From the human T2T-CHM13v2.0 reference genome, Homo sapiens, in NCBI RefSeq assembly GCF_009914755.1, contig NC_060925.1: a DNA stretch of 64,000 nt. One strand, written 5' to 3'. Below the pieces are notes generated by a model that ran no database searches, was not told the origin of the DNA, and worked only from the letters and a program-made list of their open reading frames with translations. Positions within the stretch are counted from its first letter, which is position 1; each line of letters starts with the position of its first letter. Shown here one piece after another: positions 28,943 to 48,170 of this stretch. Both the position numbers and the translations under genes were made by a program.

Positions 28943-29034
28943 CTGACACATGGGAGAAAATGCCAGTCACAGAACAACCTGAAGTGCTGTTTTCACCTCC
29001 TCCCCCAGCACACACAGACCTCTTGAGGATCTAG

Positions 29035-29415
<381 letters not shown>

Positions 29416-29909
29416 TGACCCTCTTTCATCTTTATCTCTGTGTGCAACGGCTCTGTATTCTTCCATAGAAAAAGCCATTTAAACCCAATGTGTGGTCACA
29501 CCTACAAGGAATCCAATCACACTTCCCTTTCTGGTTTCTGTGTGTCCAGGTGTGTCCTGTTTTTTATACGAAAACGGTCATTTGTGCCAGCATTTCTCTG
29601 TGCTTGGGGATTGGTCCCTTCTTTAACTGGCAGAGCTGTAGCCATCGATTGCTGTCCCTTAGGCCTGAGCACAAAGGTGGCTGGTAGGGCCACTGCTGTA
29701 GGATGACTTCCTCAATTTTGTGGCACACTTCAGGACACTTTTTTTTTTTTAAGTCCCTCCCTAAAACTAATCCCCTCTCAAGACACTTCTTGATCCTTGG
29801 TCACCAATGTTAGTCCCCTTTCTATCTCCTGTGATGATGATGATGGCAGGGACAGGTAACAATTATTGAGTCCTTAACTATGTGCCAGGTAAGATCTAAA
29901 CACTTCATA

Positions 29910-30105
29910 TCAGTGGTTCTCAAGTGGGAGCAATTTTGCCCCCCAGGAGACATCTGACAATATCTGGAGTCATTTATTCTTGGTTATCACAGTTGTGGGG
30001 GGAGGTTCGTAACATCTAGGATGCTACTAAACGTCCTATCATACACAAAGCATCCTCTTCACAACTCCAGCCCCAAATGTCAGCAGTGTCATTGAGAAAC
30101 CCTGG
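29910..30105. mobile_element. MER20 DNA transposon
   Basis: cagtggttctcaa...gcaattttgcccccc aggagacatctgacaatatctggag...gccccaaatgtca...ttgagaaaccctg with terminal inverted repeats. Confidence 0.75.
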
Positions 30106-30273
30106 TTTGATATGTACTATATTATCTTTACAACAATCTTAGGGGACAGGTTCTATAATTATTATGTCAACAAGGCACTGAGAAGTTATGTAATTTGCAC
30201 AAGGTCACCTGGTTAGTAAATGGTAGAGCCAGGATCCAGACCTCAACAGCTGGACTGCAGCCTGCAGCACTGA

Positions 30274-30675
<402 letters not shown>

Positions 30676-30785
30676 TGAACAAATGCTTAAAAAGCCAGAC
30701 AAATGGCAATTGTCTGTGCAGTGAAAGTAATCATGATGGATGCTGCACTGCATAGGCCGTTTTATACATGGCTAGAGTTTCTTAC

Positions 30786-30947
30786 CTGAATTGTTGTATG
30801 CCCATTTCTCATTACTAGCCAATGCCACAAACTTAGTATTGGAAGGTAGACACAGAAAGTAATCGTCATCATCCACTATGGTGCCATCCTCTGCCAGGAC
30901 CAGGGTGACTGGTGTCAGGGACTTATCAATGGCCAGAATGTCACAGG
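30786..30947 (-). CDS. DFFA: DFFA exon 2 (CIDE-N domain)
   Basis: ACDILAIDKSLTPVTLVLAEDGTIVDDDDYFLCLPSNTKFVAL...; CIDE-N EDGT motif; GTAAGA donor. Confidence 0.97.
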
Positions 30948-31984
30948 CTGAAAAGAATAAAATATTTGGCAAATGACAAATAACCGTAAGGAAATTACAT
31001 CTATCCCTGCATCTCAAGTATGTATGGCTCCAGAGCTGAGCAGAACTCCTGGTAGGTAATAACTAGAATCACAATCATCACTTCTAGCACTACCAGAACA
31101 CTCATCACGTGCCTGATTCTGTTCTAAGTGTTCTTTTCTTTTTTTTTGTAGCAGGGTCTCACTCTGTTACCCAGGCTGCAGTGCACTGGCGCGATCTCGG
31201 CTCACTGAAACCTCTGCCTCCCAGGTTCAAGTGATTTTCCTGCCTCAGCCTCCCGAGTAGTTGGGATTATAGGCGTGCACCACCATGTCCGGCTAATTTT
31301 TGTATTTTTAGTAGAGACGTGGTTTCACCATGTTGACCAGGCTGGTCTCGAACTCCTGACCTCATGATCCACCCGCCTTGGCCTCCCAAAGTGCTGGGAT
31401 TAGAGGCATGAGCCACTGTGCTCAGCCCTAAGTGCTTTTCTTTCTTTCTTTTTTTTTTTTTTGAGACAGGCTGGCGTGCAGTAGTACAATCTTGGTTCAC
31501 AGCAACCTCCGCCTCCCGGGTTCAAGCAACTCTCTGCCTTAGTCTCCCGAGTAGCTGGGACTACAGGCACCGGCCACCGTGCCTGGCTAATTTTTGTATT
31601 TTTAGTAGAGACGGGGTTTCACCATCTTGGCCAGTCTGGTCTGGAACTCCCGACTTAATGATCTACCTGCCTCGGCCTCCCAAAGTGCTAGGATTACAGG
31701 CATGAGCAACCGCGCCTGGCCTAAGTGCTTTTCATATACAGTATTTAATCTCATAATAATCCTGTAAAGTAGGTACTTTTATTAGTTCTGTTTTATAGAT
31801 GATGAACCCAAGGCTCAGAGAGGTTAAGTAACTTGTCTAAGATCACACAGTAAGTGGCAAAGCTGGGATTTAAACCCACAAAGTCTGGCTCCTGAAAGTA
31901 TGTTTACTCCAGCTACTCCACACTCATGTATGGTAGGCATTTGAGTTTTTACTGGAGTGAACAACCAATCAAAGTCTAGTTTGA

Positions 31985-32212
<228 letters not shown>

Positions 32213-32372
32213 TAGTAGAGACGGGGTTTCACCGTGTTAGCCAGGATGGTCTCGATCTCCTGACCTCGTGATCCGCCCACCTCGGCCTCCCAAAGTGCTG
32301 GGATTACAGGTGTGAGCCACCGCACCCGGCCCTCAGTTGTCCTCTTAAATTCTCCTATGTGTAAAAATGTCA

Positions 32373-32741
<369 letters not shown>

Positions 32742-33749
32742 CTATGGGAAAGTATAAAAGAAGTGGAAGCTTCTATCAGTAGCTTTTCATATCATTATCA
32801 TTGGCGGAGAGGCTTTCTCCAGGACAGGTCTGTACTATTCCATTTAGTGATAGCAATGCTTCAAATACTAACGGGACTGGAGTGATCAGAAATAGCCAAG
32901 AGACTACAAATATCCTTCAGCGGTGTTGTCTACCACCCAATAGAACAGCAAGGCATGTATGCGCTGGACTGCAGAGAACACCAGCCTCTGTGCCACGCAC
33001 ATCCAGCCACGGCACTGAAGGGGAATTAGAAGTAAAGTAATCTAATGTCAGGAAAAAAAATACATAAATGCTTATATGCAAAATCCATGTTACCAAAGCA
33101 TTTATAATGCTTTGGCTGTTCATGGGTCTCTGAAAATTTCCATATGATTTCTGTTGGTGACTGAGAGGAAGCAACTGTGCCCTCTGACACACACTGTGAC
33201 TACATGCCTGGGGCTGGCTCACACATGTAACCTGTAAAACTTCTTTGGGTAAGCGATTTGTTGCTACTGGCTAATAAGACTTGTAAGTCACTTAAATATA
33301 TCATCTTATTTGAGAGAACCAACAACCCTTTGAAGCAGGGCTATAAATATTATACCCAATTTGCTGATGAGAAAACTGAGGGTTGAGAGCTGGTTAAGTG
33401 CAAGGCCAAGCAGCTGGTAAAGGTATGGGGCCGGGCTCGGAACTTCCGTCGGCTCCGTCACTTACAACTCACGTTCCTTGTCTGGACCTCCAGAAATGGT
33501 CAGTAGCAGCTCCCTCTTTCCTGCATAGGTTCCTGCCAGAGCGGACGGTGGAAACCCCTCCCCACACCGCCGTGGGCTCAGCTGGGGGTTCTTGTACCAT
33601 CTGAGTGTGGCGGAGTGGCAGGAACCCAGTGGGGTCCGTTTGGTCCAACATCGAAGTGATTTCAGGCAAGAGACCTAAGCCGAGTCTGGCTTAATTTGCA
33701 CATTGCTTCCTGGCTGTCTTCCCACCACCGTGGAGTCTCACACGAGATT

Positions 33750-34370
33750 AATTACGCTCAAGCGCCTTAAATCTGTAAATCGCTATGCCCACTCGGACCG
33801 TTTCTGTCCCAAGCCTCCACCCGAGATACAAGAATCCCCAAGTCGCCTCTCCTGACCCCGCCTCGCCCCCGCCGGACGTCCTCACCCGGCCCTGGCTCCC
33901 CCACACCCTCGCCCGGGGTCCCGAGCCAACCCTTGCTCCTCAGGTCTTCGAGGCAGGAGGCGGCCACGCCGTGCTGTTCGCGGCTGTAGTTGCGGCGCAG
34001 CAGACACGGCTTTAGAGTCCGGATCTCGCCAGATTCTGGTACCCCGGCGTCCCCGGTCACCTCCATCCTCCACAAGGTGGGACCTGCCCACCTTCGAGAA
34101 GTCGCGGGAGGCCGGAGCGGCGGTCCTTCTACTCGACCCCCTTCCGCAGCCTGCCGGGAGATGTAGTTCGTTCCGCAGCAAATCACACGTGAGACCAGGG
34201 CACGCCGGGAAATGTAGTTCTAGTTGCCGCTAATCACGTGTGGCGTCGAAGCATGCCGGAAACTGTAGTCTCTGGGTTTAAAGCCGCTTTCGTTCTATCG
34301 CGCGATTCAGCCTAGGAGTTGTTTTTAACTTTTAGGAGCTGCATTCGCGCGTTCAAATATAAGGCCAATA
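33750..34370 (-). promoter_or_regulatory. DFFA: DFFA CpG-island promoter
   Basis: CpG-dense; three ACTACA-n-CCGGC SBS-type motifs, two CACGTG E-boxes, CCAAT at 34365. Confidence 0.85.
33931..34066 (-). CDS. DFFA: DFFA exon 1
   Basis: ATG at 34066; MEVTGDAGVPESGEIRTLKPCLLRRNYSREQHGVAASCLEDLRSK; GTTGGC donor; 136 nt. Confidence 0.97.
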
Positions 34371-35117
34371 GAGACTTATTTTGCATGACGATGCACACGC
34401 ATGTATACTGTATTGAATTTTTAGAGCATTCCTATTCGCATATGAGATGCATAATGCTAATACAGACACCCGCATGTTTCCACCCATTCTATTTCCTGCT
34501 TCAACTGTGCAAATTAGTTTGGGGTCTCAGAACAAAACGCTTAAATAAATATAGTAAGCATTAAAGTCTCAAATGCATCGGAGAGGAAAGGGGAAATGCG
34601 ACTCGGCACTGTTGGAGATTGTTCAGATGCCTCTTGACAACATATTCATCTTTGTTTTAATACTGCTACTATGGAAAAGTTTGTTTTTTTCCTCCTGAAA
34701 AATAAACATCTAAGATTAAAAGAATAGTAATAAAAATGATCAAAAAGTTCCTCTCTTAAAAGAGGGCATTTTATGTAAACTAGAAGTAATTATCTGCTCA
34801 TATTTATTCATTCGGGGGACACTTTCCTTCCTTGTTTCTTTTTTCTTTTTTTGAGACAGCGTTTCGCTCTGTCTCCCAGGCTGGAGTGCAGTGGCGCGAT
34901 GATGGCTCACTGCAGTTTTGATCTCCTGGGCTCAAGCAATCCTCCCACCTCATATTTTGTTTATAAAAACGTGGGCAAGGGCCCCGGGGGCGGTGGCTCA
35001 CCCCTGTAATCTCAGCACTTTAGGAGGCCGAGGCGGACAGATGATCTGAGGTCAGTAGTTTGAGACCAGCCTGGCCAGCATGGTGAAACCCTATCTCTAC
35101 TAAAAATACAAAAATTA

Positions 35118-35261
<144 letters not shown>

Positions 35262-35507
35262 TCAAGCAAAAACAAAAACAAAAGCAAAAACAAACAAAAA
35301 AAACGTGGGAGAGGAAATTGGATATTATCTCAAGAAAAGTTTAGACATTTAAAACAGCGTTTAGTAGGAGGAATTATTCATTAAGTCATCCCTTTTAAGC
35401 AGTCTATATTGATCAAAACACAACTATAATAGGAGCTGGCGGTTAACTCTAATGTATGTATCCTTTTTCATATAATTTCATTTTTTATTTTCTTATCTTA
35501 TTTTTAG

Positions 35508-35657
<150 letters not shown>

Positions 35658-36158
35658 TAATTTAAAATCTAACAATTAAAAAAATCTAACAATTCAACCA
35701 GTGTAAAATAATGACGTTTTGTAGAAGCCTCTTCTCTTCAAAATGCCCCCTTTTATGTTCTCCCAATAGACCTGCACACTTATCCGAGTCCTATCCCCAT
35801 AATACTGTAATTGTAAGTGTGTTTGGCCTGGGCGTGGGAGTAGGGATTGAGTCTTGAATGTTTTTATTTCAAGGCCTACCAAAGTCCCTAGCATATAGTA
35901 GGCACTCAATGAATGGAACTGAACTGATGTCTAAAAATTAATTTCCAAGTTTCTTCGCATTCATCCATTGGCAAGTCCCTAAATGTGCCCATGGCACTGT
36001 GGGGATGGGCAGAGATTAACTCAATAAGAATAATATGGGCCGGGCGCTGTGGCTCACTTCTGTAATCCCAACACTTTGGGAGGCCGAGGCGGGCAGATCA
36101 CCTGAGGTCGGGAGTTCGAGAGCAGCCTGACCAACATGGAGAAACTCCATCTCTACTA

Positions 36159-37100
<942 letters not shown>

Positions 37101-38067
37101 ATAGTCAGAAATAATCTAGTCGAGCCCTCTCAGTGCGTTGATAGGAAAGGGACGCACTGTGACTAACAGACGCCACCAAGCTTTTGGCTGAGGACCCATC
37201 CTCGCTTCCCTGGGTTTGGTTTTGTTGGCCGAGGGCTCCGCTCTAGCTTTTCACCTGCAGATTCAGACAAATCCCACTCCAATAAGGGGACCATAAGGAC
37301 CAGCGTTGACGCCTGTGCCTCTGCGGCCGGGAGGCAGTGGATGATAAGGTCTCCGAAGGGATTTATAGTCCAAAGGTGGGGTAGGGTGGGGTGAGGAGAA
37401 AAGGGCTAAGAGACATCTTACATTTAACTGCCTGTGTGGTGTCATGTTGAGCACAAATTACATCTATTATCTCGTTTAGTGTTCACTACAACCTTTATGA
37501 AGTGCAGGCTACTAACCTCCATTTCACAGAAATGAATACTAAGGGTTTGTGACATGCCCCAAATCGTGTGCTCTGTTGAGCCTGTATTGAACCTGTGTGA
37601 CTCCACTAGTCATCCATACATTTTTGAGTTTAGTTAGGATTAGAATGAGGAAGAAGAAAATAGTTTCAACTTGGGGCCTCATTCCTCCTCTCCCATCTCC
37701 TTGAAGCACCTCTAAGAGTTTTCAGCAACTTACTAGTATTTCACTTCCTTCAGAGGCAGAAGACCACCGCTTAGTGTTTCTTACTGTCTTATTCTGCACG
37801 TCTGTTACAAGAATTGAACTTAAAGGAGTTGGTGTGTTCCCCCATACCAGTTTCTATTAGCAGTGTGAATGATTCAGGAAGAAGATGTCTTGATTGTAAA
37901 ACATGGGAGATAACAAGGACTGATTCTGGCCTTCTCACTGTCAGGTGTTCTGGAGTTTGGCAAGTGTCTCGAGAGGAGGGCCTCTCCTTTCTTGCCTTAC
38001 CACATTTAGTTTGCTGAAATACTAAGGCATCTTGGGGTCTGGGTTTCTCTGAATTGTTTTGTGTTAG

Positions 38068-38259
<192 letters not shown>

Positions 38260-38558
38260 TGACTAATTTTTGTAATTTTAGTAGCGATAGGTTTCACCAT
38301 GTTGGCCAGGCTGGTCTTAAACTCCTGACTTCAAGTGATCTGCCCGCCTCAGCCTCCCAAAGTGCTGAGATTATATGCGTGAGCCACCGTGCCCGGCTCT
38401 GTTCCTGATTCTTATAGGACATTTAATTTGCCAGTGCTGTAAACAGTACTAAAAATCTTGCCACTTGGAGCCACTGTTATGCCCAAGGATTCTTTTGGTT
38501 TTGCAAGTTTGCCCTCTCTGTATATGTATTTAATAGAAAAGGATCTAAGGTCCTTTAA

Positions 38559-38883
<325 letters not shown>

Positions 38884-39294
38884 TAGCCAGGATGGTCTTG
38901 ATCTCCTGACCTCATGATCCGCCCACCTCAGCCTCCCAAAGTGCTGGGATTACAGGCGTGAGCTGCAGTGCCTGGCCAAAACTTGAAGTTTTCATAACAG
39001 ACTCTATGGCTATCTAACAAGAAGCAAATGCACGCTTTTTGAATGAACCAATGCTCTTCAGCAATTGCCTGTTTCATTTTCAAGTCTTGATCAATCCAGT
39101 TTCCCATTTCTCCGATTAAAGCAGAGTAGGATTGAAAGGATTGTTTAGCTAATTCCCCCACGCCTTGTTGTGTAGGGTTAGAACTGTGGGGCTGAGCCAG
39201 TATTCTGTCTTTCACAGAAAGTTTGTTGGTTAGCCTTGTCATATCAATCTCTGGTTTCCAGCTATTAAAGGTGAATAACCTTCTCTTCCCTTGA

Positions 39295-39677
<383 letters not shown>

Positions 39678-40030
39678 TAGAAATGGGGTTTCACCATATT
39701 GGACAAGCTGGTCTCAAACTCCTGACCTCAGGTAACCTGCCCACCTCGGCCTCCCAAAGAGCTTGGTATTACAGGCGTGAGCCACTGCACCTGGCCTTAA
39801 ATGAGTTATTTATGTAAAAATGCCAGAACAGTGCCTGAAACAATGTGTTGTCTATTATTATTATTATTCAATTTAATAAGCTCTGAGTTTTCACTCACAA
39901 ATGGATCTAAACCTTTCTTCAAGTTCTATTACGACATCTTTTGGGGTATGATTTTTCATGTGTTGACTACTTGTCTAGTAAAGTTCTTTTATTCAGAAGT
40001 AATTCCTTAAAATTTCAAGGAATGCCCTGA

Positions 40031-40564
<534 letters not shown>

Positions 40565-40566
40565 TA

Positions 40567-40827
<261 letters not shown>

Positions 40828-40830
40828 TTA

Positions 40831-41142
<312 letters not shown>

Positions 41143-41458
41143 CTACTAGCTTTTCTTCCTTCGCTGAACAGCAGAGGCATGGTTCAATCTGATTACTTCA
41201 CAGTTACTGAGTATCGAGTATTATTGCAGAAGGTAGATTTCCTATCTGTGGAGGTTCACTGGGTACAGTAAATTTTGCATTGAGAGGCTACAGAAGCAGG
41301 CAGGGAGAAGAGCAGAGTGAAAGAGTGGAAGAGCATGGCTTCGCATCCTGGCAGGTTTTGGTGGAACTTCATCACTCACAACTATTGGACTTATCACTCC
41401 ACCTTTCTGAGTATGTTTTCTCCTCTGTAAAACGAGAGCAATAATAGTTACCCTTAAA

Positions 41459-41645
41459 GCTGGGTGTGGTGGTGCATGTCTGTAGTTCCAGCTACTCAGG
41501 AGACTGAGGCTGGAGGATTGCTTGAGCCCAGGAGTTGGAGTCTGTAGTGCACGATGATCACATATGTGAATAAACCCCTGTACTCCAGCCTGGGCAACAG
41601 AGTGCAACCCTATCACTTAAAAAATAAATAAATAAAATAAAAAAT
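41459..41645 (+). mobile_element. FAM (fossil Alu monomer) inserted in a MIR
   Basis: Monomer retaining the 7SL-derived ...gatcacatatGTGAATAaacc... segment; A tail; TSD ~ataat(ag)ttaccctt. Confidence 0.7.
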
Positions 41646-41961
41646 AATTACCCTTTTAGTGTTGACTGAAATCACAGATGTGAAGAGCACCTGCTGCATA
41701 GTAAGTGCTCAGAGTTAGTTTTCTTCTCCCAGTCTTTACATGTAGTTTTGAGAGTCTGTTGAACTCTTGAATAACAGCAGGTCAGACAAGGTATTTGCCC
41801 TCTCAATGTTTTTTTTTTTGTTTTGTTTTGTTTTTGAGATGGAGTCTCCCTCTGTTGCCCAGGCTGGAGTACAGTGGCTCAATCTCGGCTCACTGCAACC
41901 TCAGCCTCCCAGGTTCAAGCGGTTCTCCTGCTTCACCTGCCTCAGCCTCCTGAGTAGCTGA

Positions 41962-42309
<348 letters not shown>

Positions 42310-42427
42310 TGAAAAATTTCTCACGTATAGAAAAGTTGAAAGGATAATACTGAGAACTTCTGTAAAATTCCCATAAAAACTTAACCAAGATGCACTGTTC
42401 ACATTTTGCTGAATTTGCTTTATGTCA

Positions 42428-42428
42428 G

Positions 42429-42469
<41 letters not shown>

Positions 42470-42482
42470 TTTTTTTTTTTTG
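42428..42482. repeat. (CT)n(TA)n(T)n compound microsatellite
   Basis: Directly visible. Confidence 0.85.
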
Positions 42483-42663
42483 GAAGGATTTGTGGTAAGT
42501 TACAGACATCAAGGATATTTCATCCTAGAATATTTCACCTTATCTCTCATAAGAGTAAGGTTATTCCCCTGTATAACCACAATATCATTATCACACAAGA
42601 AATTTAAGTGTTGATAAATAGTATTATTTAAAACAGAATCTGCACTCAAATTTTCACACTTAA

Positions 42664-43256
<593 letters not shown>

Positions 43257-43913
43257 TGAACTCCTGACCTCAAGTGAGCCTCCCACCTCAGTCTCCCAGG
43301 CTTCTTTTACTTAACACATATTTTTGAGATTCATTCATGATGAGAACAGTGACAGTTTATTATCACTCCTTTATACAGTTATTGTATGAATGTGTTTGGC
43401 CATTTATTATTAACCATTCTACTCTTTTTTTTTTTTTTTTTGAGACAATGCCTGGCTCTGTTGCCCAGGCTGGAGTGCAGTGGTACGATTTCGGCTCACT
43501 GCAAACTGCTTCCCAGGCTCAAGCCATCCTCCTACCTCAGCTCCCCTGGTAGCTGGGACCACAGGCGCATGCCACCACACCTGGCTAATTATTTTTGTAT
43601 TTTTTGTAGAGACGGGGTTTTGCCATGTTGCCCAGGCTGGTCTTGAACTCCTGAGCTCAACCAGTCTGCCCGTCTGGGCCTCCCAAAGTGCTGAGATTAC
43701 CAGTGTGAGTGACCACATCTGGCCACCATTCTACTTTTTGTTTTTTGAGACTGAGTCTTGCTCTATCACCCAGGCTGGAGTGCAGTGGCATGATCTTGGC
43801 TCACTGCAACCTCTGCCTCCCAGGTTCAAGTGATTCTTCTGCCTCAGCCTCCTGAGTAACTGGGATTATAGGCACTGGCCACCATGCCTGGCTAATTTTT
43901 GTGTTTTTAGTAG

Positions 43914-44268
<355 letters not shown>

Positions 44269-44890
44269 TGATCCACCTGCCTTGGCCTCCCAAAGTGCTG
44301 GGATTACAAGCATGAGCCACCGTGCCTGGCCTGAGCCATTCTACTTTTAATGGACATTAGATTGTTTCACCTTTAGGGTCATTACAAATAGTACTGCTGT
44401 GAAAATACCTGTACGTGTCTTTTTGTGAACATAATATGTGCATTTCTGGTGAGTTCATCTACTTTTTTTATTTTTTATGGTATTGACATGTTTGGAGAGT
44501 CTGGACTACTTGTTTTGTGAAATGTTCCACCATCTGGATTTGTCTGATTTGTTCCCTTACATTTAGATCCGGGTTAAACATTCTTTTGTGAGAATATTAT
44601 GTAAGTGACGTTGTGTCTATCTGTGTATCATATCTGGAGGAACGAGTCCCATTGTCGAAGATGAAGTTTGATTGTTTGGTTAAGGTGGTGTCTATCACAT
44701 TTCTCCATCATAAAGTTAACTTGCTAAATTAGTTGCTTTCTTTGCAACTTTGCTAGTATTGTTTTAAATTTTTGAGACAGGGTCTCACTCTGTCACCCTG
44801 GCTGGAGTGCAGTGGCACAGTCATGGCTCGCTGCAGTCGTGACCTCCTGGGCTCAAGTGATCCTCCTGCCTTGGCCTCCCAAAGTGCTAG

Positions 44891-45151
<261 letters not shown>

Positions 45152-46167
45152 TGATCCACCCGCCTCGGCCCCCCAAAGTGCTGGGATTATAGGCGTGAGC
45201 CACTGCGCCTGGCCTGGCCAAGTTTTTTTTTAGTATTTTAGTTTAATATTGTATTGACTGACAAAGTCTTATGGCCTAAACTTTACTGTGGAATTCTAAT
45301 AGGTGTGTTGTGATCAGTTTGAGTTTTGACAAATTGTATATACGTGTGTAACCACTACCACCCCTAAACCTGTGTAACCACCACTGCCACAAGCAAGATC
45401 AACAGTTTCAGTATCCCTAAACGTTCCCTTACGCCCCTTCCCATTGAATCCTTGCCTGTGGTCCTAGGAAATCTGAACTGTTTTCTATTACTATAGAGTA
45501 TATTTGTCCCTCCTAGAATTTCATATGAATGAATTCATTATGTATTCTTTTATGTCTTTTTTGGCTCAGAATAATGTTTGTGAAATTTATTTGTGTTATG
45601 GTATGTATCAGTAATTATCAGTAATGAATTACCTTTTTTTTTTTTTTTTTGAGATGGTATTTCGCTCTTGTTGCCCAGGTTGAAGTGAAGTGGCTCAGTC
45701 TTGGCTCACTGCAACCCCTGCCTCCTGGGTTCAAGAGATTCCCCTGCCCCAGCCTTCCAGTAGCTGGGATTACAGGCGCCCACCCACCATGGCCGGCTAA
45801 TTGGCTAATTTTTTTGAATTTTTAGTAGAGACAAGGTTTCACCATGTTGGCCAGAGTGGTCTTGAACCCCTGACCTCAAATGATTTGCCCACCTCGGCCT
45901 CCCAAAGTGCTGGGATTACATGTGTGAGTCACTGCGCCCAGCCAATTTTTTTTTGTTTAGTAGAGATGGGGTTTCACTGTGTTGGTCAGGCTGGTCTCCA
46001 ACTCCTGACCTCATGTGATCCAACTGCCTTGGCCTCCCAATGTGTTGGGATTACAGGCGTGAGCCACTGCGCCTGACCATGAATTACTTTTTACCACTGA
46101 GTAGTATTCCATCGTATGGATGGCTATATCTCAATTTGTTGATCTGTTCACCAGTTGATGGACATTT

Positions 46168-46695
46168 GTAGTAGTTTTTGATTCCTGCGTAACAGTATTA
46201 CCACAAATTTAGCCGCTTGGCACAGCACACATTGATTATCTCATGGTTTCTGTGGGTCAGGAGTCAGGAAACCGCTGGGCTGAGTCTCACCAGGCTACTA
46301 TTGAGAAATCTGTCAGGACTGTGGTCGCTGACTAGGGAGGGGTCTGCTTCCTAGCTTGTGTGGTTGTTGGTGGCATTCAGTTCCTTATGGACCATGAGAC
46401 TGGAGACTTTAGTGTGTTACTGTCAGCCAGCGGCCGCCCTCAGTTTCTTGCCAAATGAGTCTTCCCACTTGCCTCCTCAAAGCCAGCAGAAGAGAGAGTC
46501 TCTTAGTAAAGTGGACATTACCACGACGTATCTCACACACATTAATGCAGTCACGTACATGCTGTCACCTTTGCCATATTGTGTTGGCCAGAAGCAAGTA
46601 ACAGATCCTGGCCACATTTGAGTAGAAGGAACAGCACAGGGGCATGGATACCAGGAGGTGGGGATCATGGGGTCACCTTAGAGTCTGTTCCCCAC
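46168..46695. mobile_element. MLT1-type MaLR LTR inserted in the L1
   Basis: taacagtattaccacaaatttag...attatctcatggtttctgtgggtcaggagtc...ggggatcatggggtcaccttagagtctg. Confidence 0.7.
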
Positions 46696-47496
46696 AGGAT
46701 TCCTTCTCATTCTGGGCTACTGTGAGTATTTGTGTATGTGTAAGTGTTTGCGAGGACATATTCTTCATTTTTCTGGGGAAATAACCTGTAAGTGGAATGG
46801 TAGGCTTATGTAGTAAGTATGTTTAGCTTTGTAAGAAACTGTCTAAATTGTCTAAATGTTTTTAGCCATTCTGGTGAGTGTGTAGTGTTATTTATTTGTG
46901 TGTGGTTTTTTTTTTTTTTTTTTTTTTTTAAGAGACAGGGTCTTTTTTGTCTTTGTCGCCCAAGCTGGAGTGCAGTGGTGCAATCATACATAGCTCACTG
47001 TAATCTCCAAGTCCTGGGCTCAAGTGATCCTCCAGCCTCAGCCTCCTGAGTAGCTAAGACTCAGGTGCATGCCACCATGCCCAGCTAATTATTTTTTGAA
47101 TTTTTGTAGCGAGGGGGTCTTGCTGTGTTGCGCAGGCTAGTCTTGAACTTCTGGACTTGAGTAGCCCTCCTACCTCTGCCTCCCAAAGTGCTGGAAGTAC
47201 AGGCATGAACCACAGGGCCGAGCCTAAATATTTTTTTGTTTTCAGGATACTGTTATATTTATGGATTTTATTTTTTAATTATTCAATGCTACTATGTAGA
47301 AATAAAATTGAATTTTATATATTGGTCTTGTATCTGCAACCTTGTTAACTTATAATTCTAGTAGTTTTTTTTTTTTTTTGAGACAGACTCATGCTGTGTC
47401 ACCCAGGCTGGAGTGCAGTGGCGTGATCTTGGCGCACTGCAACCCCCGCCTCCTGGGTTCAAGCGATTCTCCTGTCTCAGACTCCCTAGTAGCTGA

Positions 47497-47724
<228 letters not shown>

Positions 47725-47987
47725 TAAAGACAGCTTTACTTCTTACCTTCCCATTAATATGCTTTTAATTTTTCTTGCTTTATTGCACTGTCTAGGACTT
47801 TGAGTGCAATGTTAAAAGTAACAGTGGAAGTGGATGTCCTTGCTTTGTTCCCCATTTTGGGGGAAATATTTTTAGTCTTCTACAGTTAAGTGTTAGCTAT
47901 AGGTATTTTGTAATAGGTGCCTTTGTCAAGTTGAAGAAATTCAACCTTCATTTTTAGTTTGCTGAGTTTTTTTTTTTTTTTTTTTTA

Positions 47988-48170
<183 letters not shown>

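Noticed and set aside
34067-34186. Apparent 40-aa N-terminal extension of DFFA
   Set aside because: Starts at a GTG within the promoter motif array; the ATG at 34066 gives the known 331-aa protein
35664-35694. 14-bp direct repeat aaaatctaacaatt
   Set aside because: Short AT-rich slippage duplication with no evident function
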